This document shows, piece after piece, positions 58,015 to 64,000 of a stretch of 64,000 bases of DNA (within the stretch, counting starts at the first letter, position 1; each line of letters starts with the position of its first letter). Both the position numbers and the translations under genes were made by a program. Source of the DNA: Eukaryota sp. TZLM1-RC (lineage: Eukaryota > Protista > Metamonada: BaSk clade); the NCBI GenBank assembly GCA_040285825.1, contig JAUPSS010000007.1, positions 62,001 to 126,000 of the forward strand, in the 5' to 3' direction. A model generated the notes under the pieces. The model saw nothing but the letters and a program-made list of their open reading frames with translations, had not been told where the DNA came from and made no database searches.

Positions 58015-60005
58015 TTGATAGTCGTCCCATTAGTTATGAATTAATTCAGTGTGCATGTTCAATAAATATAAAAATCTATTTAGAAATGGAGGAAAAATAG
58101 TCATAATATTGTGAAATCACATTGGAAAGAATGCCGTATTTTCAATCAACATATAGCACAAATTCTAATTTACATTTTGGTAATTGCATTGTTAGTTCAT
58201 CAAGTGGTGTAAAGCAAGGAGATCCGTTAGGACCTCTTTTGTTTTGTTTAGCCTTCATCCTATTTTATTGCAAATTCAGGAGATGTTTCCTTTGCTAAAA
58301 ATGATCGCATATATGGATGATGTTGTTTTTATTGGTGATTTAAATATTGTGAAACAAGCAACTGTATGTTTCAAAGAATTATTTACCAAAATTGGTCTCC
58401 GACTTAATTTACTTAAATGTGTTTTGTTGTCGAATTCTCCAGTTTCCACAATGGTTGATGGTATTGAAATTCAAGCCAATTTATATTCAATAGATGCTAT
58501 TCGTCATTTGTGTTCGTTTTAGGAAATAATGATGAAATTACCAAAAAATTGTTTAAAAAGTTGAACTCAATTTCTGAAAAAATTGACCGAATAAAGAATT
58601 TAGATATACAAAAACACATCAAATTTACTATTAGAAGACTGTATTTTAGTTCCAATTTTAATCATATATTTCGATCTACAAATCCTCTCGTCACTAAACC
58701 TTTGGCTCAGAAGTTCAATGAATTACGTGCAAAAGTTCTATCTCAATTACTGGGATGTAAAATGTTCCAAATTCCAGACCATGCTTATTTTAGTCCACAT
58801 TATGACACTTTAGGTTGGACGAAGGCTTCTATTTTTACCTCGTGTGCTTTTGTTGGTGGATGCAGAAATGTAATCTTTGAGTTTTCCGAAACATTTGCAG
58901 ATTGGGAAGATTTATTGATGACAACGCAAAGTTCCACTGTTTTCGCATTAAATGAAGAAATTTCAAAAATTAATGCAGAAAAATGGGGTCCATGCTTTCC
59001 CCATTCAATCAATGGCAATATTCCAGAACAGAATGTTTTAAATTTGAAGTACACTCTTCGAACATTGCAGAAACGATGGACTGGAATTTATGAAAATGAT
59101 TTTTATAATATTATATGCAGCTCGGCTGTTTAAAATCAAGATCTTCACTCATTGTTATTGGAAAAGGGTGTTTGTGAAAATAAGTCATCAGATTCTTCAC
59201 TTTTTGTAACCATTGTACCACGAAGATTTGGATTGTGTGCCACTAATGAAGCATTTGTAACAAAAATGAGATTATATTTAAACATCCCCATTTTTCAATT
59301 ATTATCAAAAGAAAAATGTATTTGTTCGAATTCACCTCAACTCACTTTGCGCCATGATCTTAATTGTTCTAAATTGATAACTTATCGTTCTTTATTACAT
59401 GATGCTGTTAGAGACAGTGTTTTCAATATGGCACAAACTGCAAGAATATCTTGTATCAAAGAGCCTCTGCTGAAGGAAACATTTTCTCTGAATAATTTTG
59501 GGCTGATGATAGAGGTGATGTATACTGTGATTGGATTGATAATTCTGAAGCTATTGTTGACTTTGTCTCATGTAATGTTGCAAATGATACTTTGGTTCAC
59601 AGAAGAAAACTTAATCCTGTGAGTGCTCTTGATTTTTTAGCAAAAGAAAAACATAGTAAATATGACAAAGATATTGAAGAGGCTAATGCTGATAAAAATA
59701 CACAGCTGGTTTTGATTGCCTTCCCATTTTCGATAAATGGAAGATTATCAGATGAAGCAGAAACCTTTATGAATGACCTCCAAAAAATGGTTCAAGAAAA
59801 AACAATGAAAAGATTTAATGTTTTTTATGGCGTTCTCGGATTCCATTGACCATTATCAATAGATTACCTCGGTTTTTCAATCGAACAAGAGCAGTTTTAG
59901 CTAGACAGCAAGCAGATCAAGATGTTGTAGAGGAAATCTTGGTTCAATGATAGCCGTCCCATTAGTTATGAGTTAATTTAATTGAGTGTGCAAATTTAAT
60001 AAATA
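58015..60005 (+). mobile_element. Family 1 solo 3' UTR (58015-58072) followed by a truncated, degenerate copy (58132-60005)
   Basis: KQGDPLGP, YMDD and RLE motifs with several frameshifts; 3' UTR GTCCCATTAGTTATG present twice. Confidence 0.9.
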
Positions 60006-60009
60006 TTGT

Positions 60010-60220
60010 ATTTGAAATCACATAGAATTGCTTCCTGTTTAGAACCATTGCTTTCCCGGTTGGTTGATGAAGATACTTTGAATTCGTTTGGTCGATATAG
60101 AGGCGATTTAATGCTTGAAGGTCTTGAAGGTACTACCATTATTACATATGTGAGATCCACTGATGTATGCAATGATTCTTTTATTCTTGGGATAAATATA
60201 ATACAAAATATTGTGAAATT
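60010..60220 (+). mobile_element. RLE fragment of another retroelement family
   Basis: EPLLSRL..FG..RGDL..IIT.VRS, homologous to family 1 EPLLKET..FG..RGDV..IVDF. Confidence 0.65.
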
Positions 60221-60334
60221 CTGAGGACTGACGATCGATCGGAAAACTAGACCAACTGCCACCTCACACATTGTCACAAGCCAATATGCAATCCTCATGA
60301 TGAGTGGGAACACTTTTTATCACTGAAGACATCA

Positions 60335-62078
60335 ATGAAACTCCTCTTCCTCCTGGTCTTGATAACACTCTCCTTTTGTGAGGAACACTCTGTTGAAGAA
60401 ACAGTCATAAACGAATATGTGCCTCCACTTTCCGCTGGAGACTATACCTTCTTTGAGAGTTTCACTGGTGACAACTCTAAATGGGTTGTAAGTACACATC
60501 CAAAGTATGGTGGTGAATGGCTTGTTGAATTGCCACAAGAACCTGCTGGTATTCCCAACGACAAGGGCCTTGTTCTCAAAACTCCTGCCGCCCACTCAGC
60601 CATTTTCACCAACCTTGAACAGCCCATTGTCTTGGAATCTGATCCTTTTGTATTCCAATACGAAGTCAGATACCAGAAGGCTCCCATCTCATGTGCCGGA
60701 TCTTATGTCAAGCTTCTTCAAAAGGTCCCGATCGACAGTGACTTTTCTGATAAGGACTCTTACACCATCATGTTTGGTCCTGATATCTGTGGTACCAGCA
60801 GAGTACACTTCATCTTCCGATCCAGGGTAAGTTACATACAAGCACGACTCACCACAGAATCCCAAGACCGGAGAAATGGAAGAACATCACATGACCAACC
60901 CACCTCCTGTTCGTAATGACGGTGTTGTGAGTCTCTATACACTTGTTGTATATCCAGATACCAATAACTTTGAAATACGCATTGACGGAAAGAAGGTAAG
61001 CTCTGGAAACCTTCTCACTGACTTTGAACCCCCTGTCAACCCTCCCAAGCAGATCCCCGACCCTAATGCTGTTAAACCCGAAGACTGGGACGAAGAAGAA
61101 TTCATTCCCGACCCCGAAGCTGAAAAACCTGCCGATTGGGATCAGCCAGAGTACATCCCTGATCCAGAAGCGACCATGCCGGAAGACTGGGACGAGGAGG
61201 AAGATGGTATGTTTCGCTAATCCCAACAATTACTAATTCTAGGTGAATGGGCCCCTCCTATGATCAATAACCCTGAATATAAGGGTGAATGGGTTGCTCC
61301 AATGATTAAGAATCCCAATTATCAAGGAAAATGGGAAGCTCCTCTTGTTGATAATCCTAACTACTTTGAAGTTGATTATCCTCTCAAGGGTGCCACCATA
61401 GGATCTATTGGTATTGAGGTCTGGTCTATGGACAAGGATATTTTATTTGACAATATCCTTATCTCCAACGAAGATGCCCATGCCAAGGATGTAGCCAAGC
61501 ACACTTTCCAAGTAAAACACAAGAAAGAGACCAAGTTACGCCAAGCTGAAGAAAAGAAAGCTGCTGATGAAATGAAAAAGGCTACTGGAAGTACAATGGT
61601 TGCTCTTTTCCACAGAGGGTTTGATTATTTACAACGAAAAATTACTGAAATTGCCAGAATTGTAAAGCAAAACCCTATTGTTTCATTGGTTACCGCCTTT
61701 GCTCTTGCTCTCTCTACCATTATTCTACTCTCAAGAAAGCGTGAAGTTCCTACTCCAAGGGAATCACAAACAGAAACTGAAATTGAAGAATCAGCTGCTG
61801 AATCTGTAACTGAAGAAAAAGAAGAAGTTGGTCAACCTCTGGCTAAATCTGAATTCCAACCCGAATCTGATGCCGGTATTCATGAAGCTACTCCTGCTGT
61901 CACTAAGCCTACTTTGGTAGAAGAGGTTGAAGAGACCAAGGAGGTGGTTTCTGAAAGTGCTAATGTTGAGGAAGAAAAGGTACCTGAACAGGTGGAAAAA
62001 GAAGATGATTTTATTGAAATTAAACCAAAATCTTCAACAAAAAAAAGAAGGGGTCGTAGTACAAGAATGGCAGAGTAG
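60335..62078 (+). CDS. CANX: Calnexin, introns at 60827-60857 and 61207-61242
   Basis: Signal peptide, [17 protein letters not shown], spliced [11 protein letters not shown] and DGEW, P-domain KPEDWDE repeats, TM helix and acidic tail. Confidence 0.95.
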
Positions 62079-64000
62079 TGTAGTATTAATTTTTTGATTA
62101 TTGGTTACTTATAAATAGATTATGAGCTTCTTTGTTTCAATATCTTAATTAATTTTTTCAGTTATTGTGATAAACAAGTAATTTTAATGGAATTTGATCA
62201 ATAACTTCAAATGCCGAATGTTGAAATATCATTTTGAATTTAATTATCAGCCTATCCATCTTACACTTTTCAGGACACTAAAAAATTGAATTTACTGAAA
62301 GTGAATAGTGTTTGTATTCAAATGTTGATGATCCGAAAATATTTTACAAAAATTATCAACCAAAAGTTCAGACTAGTTGCTTTAAATGTATATTAATTGA
62401 GCGGAAAATTCCAAGTTATTTCTTTGTTATTTCAATTGTTTGTTGTTGGAAGTTTTTGGAAGTGTAGTAGTAAAGCAGCAGTTCATACCAATGATTCTTC
62501 TCTTTCGTTTGGTTTCCATGGACTCAGATCTTCCAAATATATCAACATGAACATATCAGTAGGAGCAATTTCCCGTCAGATTCACCTAATTGTGTTACTG
62601 GGGACCGTACTTTTTTTCGTAATAATTCCATTGATCTTGTGCTCCAGGTAAAGTTTCATAGTGCATCTTCAAAATTTTTCTGCTAAACTGATTTGACACG
62701 GTAAATCATGAATCTATCGTCTTGTTGAAATCAATATTGTTGGTTATAACATTGTTGTCTGATAGCAATCCTTCTGTAGCCTAATTGATTTTATAGGTAA
62801 TTCGTTTTAAATGATCTAATGGACTTACAAATGCATCAATTAGCAAGTGGCAGGGTTTGATCTACAATTATGCGAATACAATAAGTTAATTCTTATATTC
62901 TAATCCTTCAGTGGTTAGCGGAAAACTACAATCACTTGTAAACTAAAGATATCAAACATCTTGAACCCATTTCAATCTGCGTTGTTGTTTGATGAATTTC
63001 TTAACAGATTATTTCAAACAATCAAGTATTGTCACTTTTAGTAAGGGTAAATGGTGATGTTAATGTGGTGGGACTATTTTCATTTTTTATTGATATAGAT
63101 GTCAGATATTTCAATTATTCTATTCTATTATTGTGTTTTATTTACCCGAACAGTGAGGAAGTTTGCCATGAACGCAAATCCGTTTTCTTTAGTTTGAGCG
63201 CAAAGGATCAATTGTGCATTAATCTATACTAAAGTCAACTAATAGTTGTCACATCAACTATCCAAAGTTAATACTTATGGGAAAAAGTGTTCTTTTTCAT
63301 TAGTTTACATGTAAATTGGAGCAAAATGAGGTATATTGTCCAATTAAAATGTTGTTCTGGTGGAATTTCCTAAAGACTGCTCATGGTTGAGTATAAATTC
63401 AGGAAAAAAAGCATGTTGAATGAAATTTTATTTATGGAGAAAATTATTACAAGTGTTGAATTACGCCAACATTTCTGTTTCTCTGATGACCAGGAGAACG
63501 ACAAACAAAATTAAATAGAAATTACATATGATTTCACTAAAAAATTCATTTACTTTGAAGACTGAGACAAGACTATTTTCCATAACCAAATTGATCCAAA
63601 CATATTATCTTTGAGAAGCACAAATAAGAACTCACTATTTGTTAACAAAACTTCACGAAGACCTGGATCAATTACAGGTTTCAGCAACAGAAATCTCCAT
63701 TTAAATCTACAAAGTCACGAACACCCTGAGTTGAGCAATCATCACCAGAATACTGAATCGTCCATGGAAAACAAGATAACTCCACCAAATAATCATTATC
63801 AATTTGTTTAGCAGATTCAATCAAACCTTCATCAATAAGATTTGTTGGAAATAGTTCAGAATTTGCCAAACTTTGCTTATCAGGTTTAATCAATTGGATG
63901 AATTTCAAAAAAGGAAAGTTTTGTTCAGTGATATTGGTAGGAACAGAGCTATGAATAACCAATTCCTTTAAGTTTGGTAATTGTATTTCAACATTGTCAG

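Noticed and set aside
62100-64000. Short ORFs at the window end
   Set aside because: No recognisable motifs; possibly decayed coding DNA but not assignable.

Overview
AT-rich, gene-compact nuclear DNA from a microbial eukaryote. It uses the standard code and has very short spliceosomal introns (28-36 nt). Recognisable host genes are RPC4, a CAP/SCP protein, tRNA-Arg(CCT), a DHHC palmitoyltransferase, an MST/STE20 kinase, prefoldin-4, a UFM1-like protein, a type II surface protein and calnexin. They are interspersed with decayed mobile DNA: a MULE transposase, three Fanzor-like relics, and many copies of at least two families of RLE-type (CRE-like) non-LTR retrotransposons. Main findings: (1) a family of RING-Bbox-Bbox-coiled-coil (TRIM-like) proteins with nucleoporin-like tails, one carrying a Nup98-type GLEBS motif and about 11 copies of a 35-aa FG repeat; (2) two of these lie head-to-head with a B-box/SPRY-like gene inside an ~8 kb inverted duplication (24030-32009 / 43612-51601) bounded by retroelements; (3) a spliced 4xC2H2-PHD-SET gene, split across ORF-track entries, that needs a GC-AG intron. 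All family assignments come from motifs recognised by eye; no database searches were run.
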